Below, piece after piece: positions 50,572 to 63,011 of a stretch of DNA of 64,000 bases. This stretch comes from Macrostomum hystrix. Its lineage: Eukaryota; Animalia; Platyhelminthes. Location of the stretch: NCBI GenBank assembly GCA_950097015.1, contig CATNEN010000010.1:248001-312000 (forward strand), written 5' to 3'. Each line of letters starts with the position of its first letter. Position 1 is the stretch's first letter. The position numbers and the translations under genes are program-made. A model generated the notes under the pieces. It was not told the DNA's origin. It did no database searches and saw only the letters and a list, made by a program, of their open reading frames with translations.

Positions 50572-50799
50572 ACTCCGCTCAGCCCGACCCATTTCCCTTC
50601 ACCGCCAAATTCAGTCTGAGCCATTGTGCACTCCTGGCTCTCGGATTGTCCCTGTCTACAGCAGGGTTCTAGTAACAGATGCTTTAGAAATTAACTTTTG
50701 TTGCTTTCCTATATGTTCTCAGCTCTTCGCTGTGCTCTCAAGTACAGGCAATAAAACTTATTTGAATTTATTTAAAAGTATATCGAACATTATCTTCGC

Positions 50800-51050
50800 T
50801 GTGTCCATGGTCTCTGAGCCTATGTGTCTTCATGGTCTCTGAGCCAAGGTGTGTCCATGGTCTCTGGGCAAGGTGTGTCCATGGTCTCTGGGCCAAGTTG
50901 TGTCCATGGTCTCTGAGCCAAGGTGTGTCCATGGTCTCTGAGCCAAGGTGTGTCCATGGTCTCTGAGCCAAGTTGTGTCCATAATCTCTCAGCCAAGGTG
51001 TGTCCATGGTCTCTGTCCCAAGGTGTGTCCACGGACTCTGAGCTAAGGTG
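50800..51050 (+). repeat. 25-bp minisatellite (GTGTCCATGGTCTCTGAGCCAAGGT)
   Basis: Period 25. Confidence 0.93.
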
Positions 51051-51829
51051 TCCTTATCCTTGTCAAGCCAGAGCCAAACTACCAGGCTTGTTAGATTATC
51101 GATGTGGCACTCAATATTATTGAAGCCATTTCTAACGTCATCAATTTGTGTTATATTAAGTCAGGAAAGTGGATTTTTTTAATTCGAGGCAGGTTTTAGT
51201 TTCAAATTCCTCTCGTGAAGTGAACGCGAATTTCAAATTGAAAATCGTGGGACGATAAAAAAGCTTCTGGAATTCATGTCGCTCTGCACAACAGCGATTC
51301 ATCCGGAATTCAACAAGAACGCGCGAAAGTATTAGTCGAAGTCATTAACTTGCGCAGTTTTTCAGAATGTCGACAATTTTTTGAAGCAAGGTGAGCCACG
51401 GCCCATCAGTCACTTGTGCGACAGAGGCCTGGACAGAGCCGGGGTTCCCGGACTGGCTGCCTGACTTTGATTACAGTTGGCCCCTCGGCTTGTCACTCAG
51501 CAGCGATTCAGTAGCCAGGGTGGCCAGGTGCGGAAGCTGCTTTAAGAGGCGCAATTGCGCCTGCGCGACTACTGGGAACGTCCGGCGGGCAGTCTGGGCT
51601 GTTGGTGGCAAACTGAGTGCTGGGTCTGGCGCCGGCGGCGCACTTTTTGTGTTCGCTGATCGGCGAAGAGAACAGAAAAACGTGGATTTGCGGCAGGGGA
51701 CGGGCGAATCAGAGATTTAATCGATTGAACTGAAAGCCAGCGACACAGACGCACTTCTAGCTATTGCCGATGCTGAGATACTATGGCGATTCACAAGCCT
51801 TTTACGAACAACTAAACAGCCAAGTGCTA

Positions 51830-51995
51830 ATCTAGGACAAGAACTGGAAGGACAGACGAATGGACACCAGCAAACTGGAAGGACAGACGAATGGACACCA
51901 GCAAACTGGAAGGACAGACAACTGGACACCAGCAAACTGGAAGGACAGACAACTGGACAACTACGAACTAGAAGGACAGACAACTGGACAAGAAC
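51830..51995 (+). repeat. 31-bp tandem repeat (AACTGGAAGGACAGACGAATGGACACCAGCA)
   Basis: Period about 31, about 5 copies. Confidence 0.85.
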
Positions 51996-52934
51996 TGTGG
52001 CGCCGTTTAAACTATGTTTAACTATGTTCTATGTAACTAAACAATGTCCATGACCATTAACCATATCTGCGGTACTTACGTGTTTGCCAAACTAATGTAC
52101 TTATGGTTTGTAATTTCCACGTGCGGCACGTTACTCTGGTTTGTTGCTCTATATGAACATCATGTTGTGGGCGGGACGTTGCCGCCAGGCATGTCCAATA
52201 ATAATATAAAGGGCAGAGTGGCCATCAGCTAAGTTTGAGTTTCGGCTGAGCTATCTCCTAAAACAAGAGTTCACTTCGTTACAAACGGCACGACAATGGC
52301 GTCGCAAGAAGGATCCGAACCTGTGCGGGGAAACCCCATTGGGTTACAAACGGCACGACAAGAACAAATAACGGGACAGCCCCATAAATTAGCCGGAATG
52401 TTTGGAGAGAAAGGAAATAATTTGGGACTTAGCGGCACCGAACGGGCGGTGGTACGCCATGAATGGGATTGCAGCCGCCGAAGTGTAAGAGGATTAATTC
52501 CTGCCAGGCCAAACACTTCCCGAGGCCTATCAGGCGCCGGTCCAAAGCTGCGCACGCGCAGTGTTAATGATGCCTTTTCGGCGCTCTTCTGCAGCAACCG
52601 CGCGCTGCCGATGGGAGATTCCAGCCATAAGGAGGGGAGATAAACAATCATTGTTTCCGGGTCCCGCAGACACATAGTATTGCGGGCCAACCGTGTACTG
52701 CATTTTATTCAAACAGCGATCCCCATTCATTCAGACAAAATATAGTTGCACGGATCGGCTGTCAGGTTTGGCTGCACTTCTGCCAGGGAAATCTCGGTAA
52801 GGAGCGGAACCTCAGGTGCATTGCACTAGGCTTTGCGGGTTGGCTCCTTCCAGATTTCGGCACAAAAGGCACTTCAAGATCTCACGCGGACTTTCTGCGG
52901 AGCGGAGAGCTACACATTCTGTGGCACTGATTCA

Positions 52935-53335
52935 CAGCCAGTGTGACATCACTGATTCACAGCTTCAGTCTACTGTCAGTGCAGGACTCTACGCCCCACC
53001 ACACCCTGGCTTGTCCTAGCTGTGACATCACTGATTCACAGCCAGTGTGACATCACTGAATTACAGCTTCAGTCTACTGTCAGTGCAGGACTCTACGCCC
53101 CACCACACCCTGGCTTGTCCTAGCTGTGACATCACTGATTCACAGCCAGTGTGACATCACTGATTTACAGCTTCAGTCTACTGTCAGTGCAGGACTCTAC
53201 GCCCCACCACACCCTGGCTTGTCCTAGCTGTGACATCACTGATTTACAGCCAGTGTGACATCACTGATTTACAGCCAGTGTGACATCACTGATTTACAGC
53301 CAGTGTGACATCACTGATTCACAGCCAGTGTGAGA
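52935..53335 (+). repeat. Compound repeat: 104-bp unit x3 plus 24-bp subunits (CAGCCAGTGTGACATCACTGATT)
   Basis: CAGCTTC at 52960, 53064 and 53168; subunits at 53248 and 53272. Confidence 0.9.
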
Positions 53336-54794
53336 TCGCTGATTATAATGACCAGTAAAATCACACAGCTTTATAGTCCATGTTACAAATCTGCGAAATC
53401 ACACTGGTTCACAGACAGCAGTGATATTGTCAAATTATCCATTAGATAGAGCTTTTGCTACAGTCCTGAACTCAATTCCGAAAGCAAGCCAGATGTCAGT
53501 AATAAATGGACTCCAAGCTAGATTTCGGGGAAGTTGAAGGCGAATTAAAGATTCACAGGTTTAACAGTCTGCACCTTGTGCAGGACTTCAGGTGTAATTC
53601 TTAGACACACTTAGAACACTCAAGATTCCCATAATCTTAGGGCGTTAAAGATGGGAACAGGTGCCTTTGTAGTGTCTGCCTGGTAAGTTGTTCCTTATAT
53701 TTGAACAGGCCTCGCCAGTTTGAACACCAAGACTGCATCTTTGCCCCAAGCGACCCGTAGGTGGGGTTTGGGATCAGCTGAAGGAATGCAAGCAAAAGCT
53801 GTGCGGCGGTGCAGCTACCGCACACTCCCCTGCTACATTCTTCCTTTGCTTGCTTAATCCCCATCGCAAAAGTGTGTTTGGCGGGGTGTGGTGTCGGACC
53901 CTTCAGGGGCGAAAGCGGATCTCGGCATGGACTGACTCGTGCCCGCACCGCCGAAGAAGGCTCTCGTCAATTCTGGAAGATCTTTTGAGGCAAAGAGGGC
54001 ACAGGCAGTTTTGGTAGGCTGAGGTCATTGTTTGGCCAGTGCCAGCCACAGCTGGGTCTGTCCATCGCTTGGATGCAAAGTGCCCTCAAAATATGTCGGA
54101 GGTTCAAGGGGATAGTACCAACAACCTGTCAGTCAGGACGCTGACAAACTCAGAGTTCATAGGTGAACGAATTAGGCCTTGAATAGTACTTTCGAGTTTG
54201 ATTCTGATGTGCAGGCATCACCGGCGCTAGCTAGCATTGTAGGGGCACTACTGCAAGTAGAATGCTTAATATTTTGAAGCTATATGAAATTGTATTGCAA
54301 GACTTCAAAATGATTTGCTGTTTCGATTAGAGTACCGAATCTTGTAACTGGCAAACACGAGAACAGATCGAATTTCGGTACAGGAAGTACATTTCAGATA
54401 ACCAGTTAGCAGTACAGACAAGATAAGAGTAAAACTAAAATTTTGAGCAAATTTGTAGTTTACTTTCTAAGTAGCCTCCATAATGAACCGACAAATAGCA
54501 CGTTACCAGAGCTAAAAATTCATTTCTGACACAAATGCCATTCTTGGTTGCAACTAGCAGTGACCCAATTATGATGGACTCAATCTGCAAAGATCTGAAG
54601 GGCCAAAGCATGATCCCGATTCACTTCGATTAGTTGCTTCATTAGTTGGATGGCTGTGCACACGACTGCAGGGCATGACTAGAAATAATGGTTAAATAAC
54701 AATTTCCTAAAATAAGTAACATACCAGATAGCAAAACGGCTACTAATTGTCAATAAAGCTAAATGTTTTGCGCGCCCACAGGTTCAATGCAAGC

Positions 54795-55661
54795 TCAAAC
54801 AATGACACAGAACCACCGGCTGGTCTCGCCAGCGGCGTCATCTGCACCGCCTGCAGACTCCACTGCATCGGCAAAATCGGACTCTACCTCCATTGCGGAC
54901 CCGACACCATCGGAATCAGCTTCATCGGTCGACCCACAGCGTTCAACAGTCTCGACTGCATCCTGGAACTTCTCCTCAGACGCTGGCTCTTCAGATTTCG
55001 CATCCTCTCGCGCCTCTCCATCAGGAAGCGAGGCCATCTGCCGGCTGAGGGCCAGCCAGGCCGCACCCAGGCGCTCCGTCATGCTTTCATGCGCCAGGCG
55101 CCGGCACCGCTGCTGCTGCTCCTGGGCCGACTGAGACTCGGCATCTGCGACCTCGCCAACTTTGGCCTGTTCTGCGTCATCCTCGCCTTCGACCTCGTCC
55201 AGCGGCCGTAGACGCCTCCAGGCGTCCCGCAGCCGGAGCAGCGCTCCGTCCAGATTCCGCTCCTGACAGGCTGCGCCGCCATCGCCGAAAGCTCCAAGTC
55301 CAAGCTCTTCGTCCAAGACCTCCGCGCTTGGTCGTCGGCGCCACATGTCGAGCACCAAGCCGCGCCAGTGGGCCTTCTCAGCATCGGAAAGACTCTTCCG
55401 GCCGCCCTGCCGCTGCAGGAGCAGCAGCTGCTTGGTGTGCTCGCTAATTTCGCTGTCCGAATCGCTGGGCAGTGGGGCCCTGGCTAGGTACAGTCTGCAC
55501 AGTCGGGCCACGACAAGGCCCGACAGGGCGGCGCCCGCCATGATGACAGTCGTCAACAGCAGCCGGAGCGACGCCGCGGCGTTATTCTTAGCCGGCGCAG
55601 CAGCTGTGGAGCTCAGGAGCCAGCTGCTGCCGTTGACAGCGTCACCAATGAACAGCTCCAT
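54795..55661 (-). CDS. Unknown protein (about 288 aa) with an N-proximal transmembrane helix and an acidic C-terminal region
   Basis: Long GC-rich ORF with hydrophobic LLLTTVIMAGAALSGLVVARLC followed by Glu/Asp/Ala-rich sequence. No family was recognised. Confidence 0.55.
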   Translation of the reverse strand: MELFIGDAVNGSSWLLSSTAAAPAKNNAAASLRLLLTTVIMAGAALSGLVVARLCRLYLARAPLPSDSDSEISEHTKQLLLLQRQGGRKSLSDAEKAHWRGLVLDMWRRRPSAEVLDEELGLGAFGDGGAACQERNLDGALLRLRDAWRRLRPLDEVEGEDDAEQAKVGEVADAESQSAQEQQQRCRRLAHESMTERLGAAWLALSRQMASLPDGEAREDAKSEEPASEEKFQDAVETVERCGSTDEADSDGVGSAMEVESDFADAVESAGGADDAAGETSRWFCVIV

Positions 55662-56562
55662 CACAAAAGCAACGCTAAATAATTCTGAAAGGACTGCCCC
55701 TGAGCAGAGCTCTTTCTAATTTTTGAGTATAAATCCGCGCTCGCGAAGCGACACTCCCTGCCCCTCGCTATGGGGTCATCGTAAGCGAAGGCAGCGGCAG
55801 CTGATAAGTCAGAGACAATGGTTAACGCGAGCATTGAGCGATGCTAGAGCCTGCAATGAGCACTCAAAGTTTCTAACTGCTCCAGAACAGCCCGAAAAAC
55901 AGAGCGCAGAAAGATATTTAAAAAAAGACTACTGTTAGTGCAGGACTGTACGCCCCACCACACCCTACCTCCTAAAAGGTACGACATGCACTGGGAAGGC
56001 GTCTAGTGTCTAGTAAAAGTATTAACAGTGCAGACAGAGAAATATTTCAGCGCTTACTGACACAGCCTGCCGACTTTTCATTGGCATTTTACATGCAGTT
56101 GGTATGAAACTGAGTTGTCCTGTGGCTGAAGCAAATAATTAAAAAATGAGCAATTCAGTGACAAACATTTGATTAATTCCAAAAAGTATATTATTTTTTT
56201 GTGAAAAGTAACAGAAAACATCGGTAACAAAAGTGAAACAACGCTGCTTTTATTCGAGTTCAAAAAGATGTTCTTTAGCCAACTCGATATAGCAAAGCGC
56301 AAATCTGAACGCCGGTGAAACTGAAGCTACGGCGCTAGAATTCTGACGAAAAATGCGCAGCGAAAGCTAAATTTTCTGAGCACAAGCCGCTTGCGCGCAA
56401 TCGGACAAAGTCAATCCCGACACGAAGGGGAAGGCAGCGATGAAGCAGGGGAAGGATAACATAACCGGATTAGAAAAACGCAGGAATATGCGAAACGGAA
56501 AAAACTAGTAAAAATCCAATCTCAGATCTCTCAGTTCCTGAACGGAAAGCTGGCTCAAGCTT

Positions 56563-57624
56563 TCAAGCGGAATCTCCGCTGCCGGCTGCGCCCTTCGAGG
56601 CCTCCTCCTTCTTCACCGGGTTGATGTTGCGGAACGAGAAGGTGTAGCTCGTGCGACGAGCCATGGGGTCCTTGGGGATGCGATGAACCCACAGCTCCTC
56701 GATGGCGCCCTCCGTGATCACCAAGTCACCGTGGGCAGAGCGCAACCTCACGTAGCGATCGTCGCGGCCCTTCCTCAAGAACTCCACGTACCTGGCCTGA
56801 CCGAGGGTCACTGCAGCGATGTAAGGGTGATCACCCAGAGGCTTCTCAGTCTCAGAATGCCAGCCAAGGCTGTCCCTGCCGTTGCGGTACATGTAGCAAA
56901 TTACTGCGTTGAACTCGCGACCAACCGCCTTCTCCACGAGCTCCTTCAGCTCCTTCAGCTTCGGGTTCCACTCGTTGCAGTTCTCAAACTTGTTGCCACT
57001 GTACTCAAAGTCTGGCCCGATGTAGCATGTCAGACGAGGCTCCTGACGCTCTTTGCCGTCCTTCGTAGTGGAGGTCAGCTGCTTCCACGAAAGGTTCTGC
57101 TTCAGAGAATCCATGAACATTTCTGCGACAGTCTTGTTCAAGAAGCTCGGCATGAACGAGATCGCAGCGTGCACGCCGTTCTTCGTACGATCCAACTGGT
57201 ACATGCCGGGCAGGTTGATCTCCACCGGTCCGTGGGCCATGTACATCAGCTGCAGCAGGTTTATCTGCGGCAGTCCAGCCACACTCGACCTCGGTGCCTG
57301 CTGCGTCCTCTGAACATCGCCGCCAGCTGTTGGCGCCGCCTTGGCGGTCGGAGCGGGCTTGTCCTGGTTGTACGTCTCGTCGAACACAACAGTCACATTC
57401 TCCTTCACGTCCTTGCTCGGGTGCCAGATCTGGACGTGTTCCTCAATCACCTTCTCGGAGTTGGTGATCATGCCGCACTGCTTGCACTTGTTCAGCTTCA
57501 CCTGGATCTTGCAGTCGTGCTCCTTCAGGTGGGCGTCCAATGATGCTACCTTCAGCGTCATGAACTGGCACTGGGGGCAGGCCAGGATCAGGATCTCGGA
57601 CGCGTCGATCGGCACTCGATTCAT
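56563..57624 (-). CDS. C2H2 zinc finger x2 + ALKBH2/3-like 2OG-Fe(II) dioxygenase domain, copy A (353 aa)
   Basis: CPQC...HLKEH and CKQC...HVQIWH fingers; QEPRLT, YRNGRDSLGWHSE, HGDLV and WVHRIPK AlkB motifs. Confidence 0.88.
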   Translation of the reverse strand: MNRVPIDASEILILACPQCQFMTLKVASLDAHLKEHDCKIQVKLNKCKQCGMITNSEKVIEEHVQIWHPSKDVKENVTVVFDETYNQDKPAPTAKAAPTAGGDVQRTQQAPRSSVAGLPQINLLQLMYMAHGPVEINLPGMYQLDRTKNGVHAAISFMPSFLNKTVAEMFMDSLKQNLSWKQLTSTTKDGKERQEPRLTCYIGPDFEYSGNKFENCNEWNPKLKELKELVEKAVGREFNAVICYMYRNGRDSLGWHSETEKPLGDHPYIAAVTLGQARYVEFLRKGRDDRYVRLRSAHGDLVITEGAIEELWVHRIPKDPMARRTSYTFSFRNINPVKKEEASKGAAGSGDSA

Positions 57625-58695
57625 GTCTTGTTTGCTCTGAAAAAATTATCGGTCGGAAAACAAAACTATTTTCGTGCAAAAGGGATTCATTTTTACGTTT
57701 TTGATGGCAAAGTCCGCATCAGTTCATCAAAAGCCGGCTGTCTATCTCTAGTCGTGAAAAACCTTTTTTTATTCACCTAAATTCCTGAGTTTTATAAGAC
57801 TGAAGGCTATGTTACTGACATTTTTAGAAAACAAAATTAAATGAAAAAAGGGAAAAATCGTAATATAAACCAGGACTGTTAGAATTTATTATTGCTTGTA
57901 TCCAACTGCTTTTAGGCAACGTGTCCATAAAATTCTGCCAACGCGATAAAGAGGGATTAAAGATAGGCGCTGGACAACCTGTAGGGTGCCATCGCTGATC
58001 TCACACAAGCCGGGTTCCGCTTCAGCAGATCAGTTTTAGAGAACAATGTGGGGAAACAGACTCGCGTACGACCGAGAACATGCGACCGCCACTGCGCTTT
58101 AGTAGTCGTTTACTTTAGTGATAACAGGAAACCGTCGCAGTGGGGTGCTAGGTGGAGCCTGACCCAGTATGCGGTCAAGCATCTATACTGTGGATTGCTA
58201 TTGTGCTACACTTATGAATATATTTATTACTGTCCAAGCGAACAACACGGGCGCTAGGGGACTAGCTATCCGAGCTGGAGACCAGAGCACGGGCTACTGG
58301 CAGCGGTATTATACCTAACACAGAATGAGACTATATGGTTTTCTTATTTAGCGCAGAGAAGTACGTTGGAGTAGCAGCAGCGACGCATAGGTGGCGAGAG
58401 AACAGTCCTGCACTTTTGACTAGCCAGACAACAAAATGTGTGTGACCTAGCTAATGCGGCTATGAGTGGGTAAACAATAAATAAACTCGGATCGAAAAAT
58501 GGGGCTACTAGTAGAAAAGCGTATAAAGAGAAAAACAAAGATTGCTTTGAATATTTAATAATTTTGAGGATTTCTTCGCGTCTTTGTTCAACAAAAATTT
58601 CACTTTTTAAAACAGCAACAGCTGCAAAGTTGCAGCGAACACACAGAGTGGGTGGCGGACACACTCGGCGCCTACGAAACTCGACGCCCGAGGCC

Positions 58696-59958
58696 TCACT
58701 TCTTCTTTCCCTTGCCGCTGCCCACCGGGCCGGGACTCTTGCCCTTCTTACCAGCCGGGGCGGCCGCGGCGGCCGGGGTGGCGGCGGCGTCGTCGGCGGC
58801 GGCCGGCTCTGCCTTCAAGGCAGGAGCCTCGCTTGGTTTCTCGGCGGGTGTGTCAGCTGCGGGCTTGGCGACTGCCTCAGCGGTGGGGGCGGCGGCGGCA
58901 GCAGCGGCGGGGGCTGCGGAGGGCTTGTTGGGCTCGGCTTTTTTCTTCACCGGGTTGATGTTGCGGAACGAGAAGGTGTAGCTCGTGCGACGAGCCATGG
59001 GGTCCTTGGGGATGCGATGAACCCACAGCTCCTCGATGGCGCCCTCCGTGATCACCAGGTCACCGTGGGCAGAGCGCAACCTCACGTAGCGATCGTCGCG
59101 GCCCTTCCTCAAGAACTCCACGTACCTGGCCTGACCGAGGGTCACTGCAGCGATGTAAGGGTGATCACCCAGAGGCTTCTCAGTCTCAGAATGCCAGCCA
59201 AGGCTGTCCCTGCCGTTGCGGTACATGTAGCAAATTACTGCGTTGAACTCGCGACCAACCGCCTTCTCCACGAGCTCCTTCAGCTCCTTCAGCTTCGGGT
59301 TCCACTCGTTGCAGTTCTCAAACTTGTTGCCACTGTACTCAAAGTCTGGCCCGATGTAGCATGTCAGACGAGGCTCCTGACGCTCTTTGCCGTCCTTCGT
59401 AGTGGAGGTCAGCTGCTTCCACGAAAGGTCCTGCTTCAGAGAATCCATGAACATTTCTGCGACAGTCTTGTTCAAGAAGCTCGGCATGAACGAGATCGCA
59501 GCGTGCACGCCGTTCTTCGTACGATCCAACTGGTACATGCCGGGCAGGTTGATCTCCACCGGTCCGTGGGCCATGTACATCAGCTGCAGCAGGTTTATCT
59601 GCGGCAGTCCAGCCACACTCGACCTCGGTGCCTGCTGCGTCCTCTGAACATCGCCGCCAGCTGTTGGCGCCGCCTTGGCGGTCGGAGCGGGCTTGTCCTG
59701 GTTGTACGTCTCGTCGAACACAACAGTCACATTCTCCTTCACGTCCTTGCTCGGGTGCCAGATCTGGACGTGTTCCTCAATCACCTTCTCGGAGTTGGTG
59801 ATCATGCCGCACTGCTTGCACTTGTTCAGCTTCACCTGGATCTTGCAGTCGTGCTCCTTCAGGTGGGCGTCCAATGATGCTACCTTCAGCGTCATGAACT
59901 GGCACTGGGGGCAGGCCAGGATCAGGATCTCGGACGCGTCGATCGGCACTCGATCCAT
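58696..59958 (-). CDS. C2H2 zinc finger x2 + ALKBH2/3-like domain, copy B (420 aa) with Ala/Pro/Lys-rich tail
   Basis: Near-identical to copy A up to RNINPVKK, then a distinct AKP-rich tail ending GKGKKK. Confidence 0.88.
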   Translation of the reverse strand: MDRVPIDASEILILACPQCQFMTLKVASLDAHLKEHDCKIQVKLNKCKQCGMITNSEKVIEEHVQIWHPSKDVKENVTVVFDETYNQDKPAPTAKAAPTAGGDVQRTQQAPRSSVAGLPQINLLQLMYMAHGPVEINLPGMYQLDRTKNGVHAAISFMPSFLNKTVAEMFMDSLKQDLSWKQLTSTTKDGKERQEPRLTCYIGPDFEYSGNKFENCNEWNPKLKELKELVEKAVGREFNAVICYMYRNGRDSLGWHSETEKPLGDHPYIAAVTLGQARYVEFLRKGRDDRYVRLRSAHGDLVITEGAIEELWVHRIPKDPMARRTSYTFSFRNINPVKKKAEPNKPSAAPAAAAAAAPTAEAVAKPAADTPAEKPSEAPALKAEPAAADDAAATPAAAAAPAGKKGKSPGPVGSGKGKKK

Positions 59959-62900
59959 CGTTCAGTGCTGAAGTTGTGAGAACGAAATCGTTAAATTTAC
60001 ATGATTTAGAATTAAGTACTACTGCTTACCTAATACTTAAGGTCTACTAAATAGGACTATTCATAAAGCTGTGATACTGAAGGCATGATACTCTTGTAAA
60101 TAGATTGTGTTAATTGAGAAAGTTTAATAACTTAGGTATGCTTTTAGGTTTATGCTGCAAAAAAGATACTTTTACGTTTCACAGTCAATTAGTAAAAAAC
60201 ATACATGACATACATTAGACTTAACAGTTAGCTAGAACTATTGTGAGTATCTAGGGTATATGATTTCAAGTATATATATAGAAATCTTGATAGTCTTGAA
60301 ATCAAAAGCTACATGTCAGTCAGTAATAATATATTACCAAATCTAGCCTGACATAAATGATACAGAAATATGCTAAAATTAAAAATTAAAACACTTTTCA
60401 TAGGACTATCTAATACAAAAATGACAACTTCCAAAATCTTAAAACAATTTTATGTAATAAAGCTTATTCAGGCATTGCCATATTTAGCCCAACATCCTCA
60501 GCATAAAGAGAGGTTGATTTATTAGGAAATTTCATAAAAAGTAGTTTGGTACTACTATTATATATATCATATACTTAGTAAGTAAAATTCAAAATTTGAT
60601 TCAAAATAGTAGACATTTGACAATAGAAAACGAAATTCATAGTATAATATTATCAATATTCATAGTATCAGCCTATCTGCTCCAAATTTCTTGGGTTGGG
60701 CAAGCTTGGAGCTTCAGCTAGCAGCCTGTCAGCTTTGTCAACTGACAACTGTCAACTGTCAATTCATTATCAACAATGGTACTAGTAGGCTCAAACAGAT
60801 TGGCACAAAACCTGTCTTTGATTTGGACCTTCATTGACATGACAAACTGATTCTCCAAGGCTATCATGAATGTGGTCTTTTCAATTGCTAATAAACATTC
60901 CATTTTGTTCTTTAACTGTTACTGGGCAAACCTGACCTACCTTTGGATTATGCTTAGAGCAGCGCCAGTAAGTAATATTTGTCCTTGGATGATTCTTAAC
61001 TATGAAGGCAAATCTATCTGACAAGATCAGCCACTGTTTCTCAGTTTGTCCAATGTAGCATTATTATGCTCATTCAGCTTTTGGCTGAAACAGCTATGGC
61101 CAAAATGGCTTTTGGCCAAAGTGGCTATGGCCAAAACTGCATATGGCCGAAACGACCGGAATTCATTCATACATCGGAAATTATTTTAAATTCAAATTGC
61201 CCTAAATGTCAAAATAGAAAACTTAAGCATTTAGTAGGCCCTAACACAGAACTATGTGGATAATTTCTGAACTATTGGCATGGCATATATATATTTATTA
61301 TTATTAATTTGACATACATAACTTGCGTCGACTTTAATGTTTTACTTTCAGGCAAAAACTGTTCTTATCATGAAATAATACAAACACAAAATACAAAAAA
61401 TTGTATTGTGAATCTGAATATTGCAACTACGATTGCAATGTAATTTTAATCAGAATTTAAATTTTGACTTTGGGAAATCATTCGGCATGTCAATCACCGT
61501 GTATTTAAATGCGTATTTAAATTAAAACAGTAAGATCTTAGTAATAAAAAAACAGCGATAACATTTCGGTTCGGATTTCTAGTACGACGCATTACACGAA
61601 AAATGACTTCAATTAGAGTTCAAATTTTCGTTTTCGAAGGCGTCAAATTTAACGAAACGGCTAAAGTAAAATAAACATAGTAACATTAATTCTTGAAACA
61701 GAAAAGTTTTGTTGATAATTTGAAAGTTTCAAATATATTTTAAAGATTTAGTACGCAGAAATGCAGCAAAATAGTTCCTTGAAAAATGTACACTGGCTTA
61801 TTACAGTTAGTAACAAAATTTAATTGGGGAGACTAAACTATATCCGAAAACTAAAGTGTCATGGTTTTGGTGTTCTTGGATCACTAGTAACTTCATAATT
61901 CTTGAAAAGTAGTTTTTGCTGCCCATAGATTTGAATCAGAAATTAAACTAGCAAAAGAGCCCAAATTATATTAATTTGCGGTAATTAAATTTTATGACTG
62001 GCAAATCAAAGTCAAATAAGAGCGATTTCAAATTTGCAACATTTTTTTTCAGATTGGGATATTTGAACACTGTATAAAACACAGGGACTACTATAACGTT
62101 TGATTTGTGCAGAGACAGCTTCAAGGACATTTCTGGAGAACATTTGATGCTATACCCCTAATTCAGCGGAACATTTTGGAAGAAAATTTTACTGGCATCG
62201 GCATGTTTGCTTGTATTTCAGTAACAAAAGATTTAATACAGCAAAACGCAACAATTGGTAAACAAACAACATCAGATATCTCTCATCAATGAGTTAAAGT
62301 TATTGGATGAATGGGTAATGGGTAATAAGACAACACCATGTAACAGTACAGACTAACAACGAAATGTGCAAAAACAAGACAAAGGCGGCATAAAATATGA
62401 AGTGGACCTGCGTATTACGAAAGTTTAAATTAAGCACGATGCTCAAATCCGCGCTTTACGGCGCAGTTTTGTCAGCTGGCGTTAACTTGCGCCACTGGGC
62501 TGTTGGGCAGTTTTGCAGCTCCGGATCAGAGTTTTAAAAAAACAATTTCAACAGACGGCGCGCTGCGGAAGCGCAAGCAGAAGAGATAAAATAGCCCGCA
62601 ATTGCAGGCTGCTGAACTCGTGATGCACAGCTCAGCTAGTGCGAGGTAAAGCTGGCGCAGCATTAAATGTTTTCCATAAATTTCGTTAAAGCTTCTCGAG
62701 AAAAATGAACTTCAGAAAGTAAAAGAGGGATAAGTTCCGAAAAATGGTAAAAGTTATGACATTCTTTGAGCGAATTTGAGACCAGAAGGAAACTTTGGTC
62801 GGACTCATTCGTGAATAATAAGTCTTCGCTTTATTTTCGCTTTTTTTACCATGAAGGACAACAGAAACCAATAAGAAATAAAATTAGCATATATCTTGGC

Positions 62901-63011
62901 CTTCAGATTATTTAATGAAAACTTTCTACGTAATTCTCGTAATACACTACTTTATTGAAGTATCATCAGTAATACACTAATACTTTATTGAAAAGTGACT
63001 GTAAAACTGAG

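Noticed and set aside
53440-54250. Possible gene or retroelement fragment
   Set aside because: Stops in all frames and no motif I could identify.
58564-59877. 437-aa plus-strand ORF (also 56683-57543, 32834-33442, 48589-49323, 23503-24378)
   Set aside because: Antisense shadows of GC3-rich genes with no recognisable motifs.
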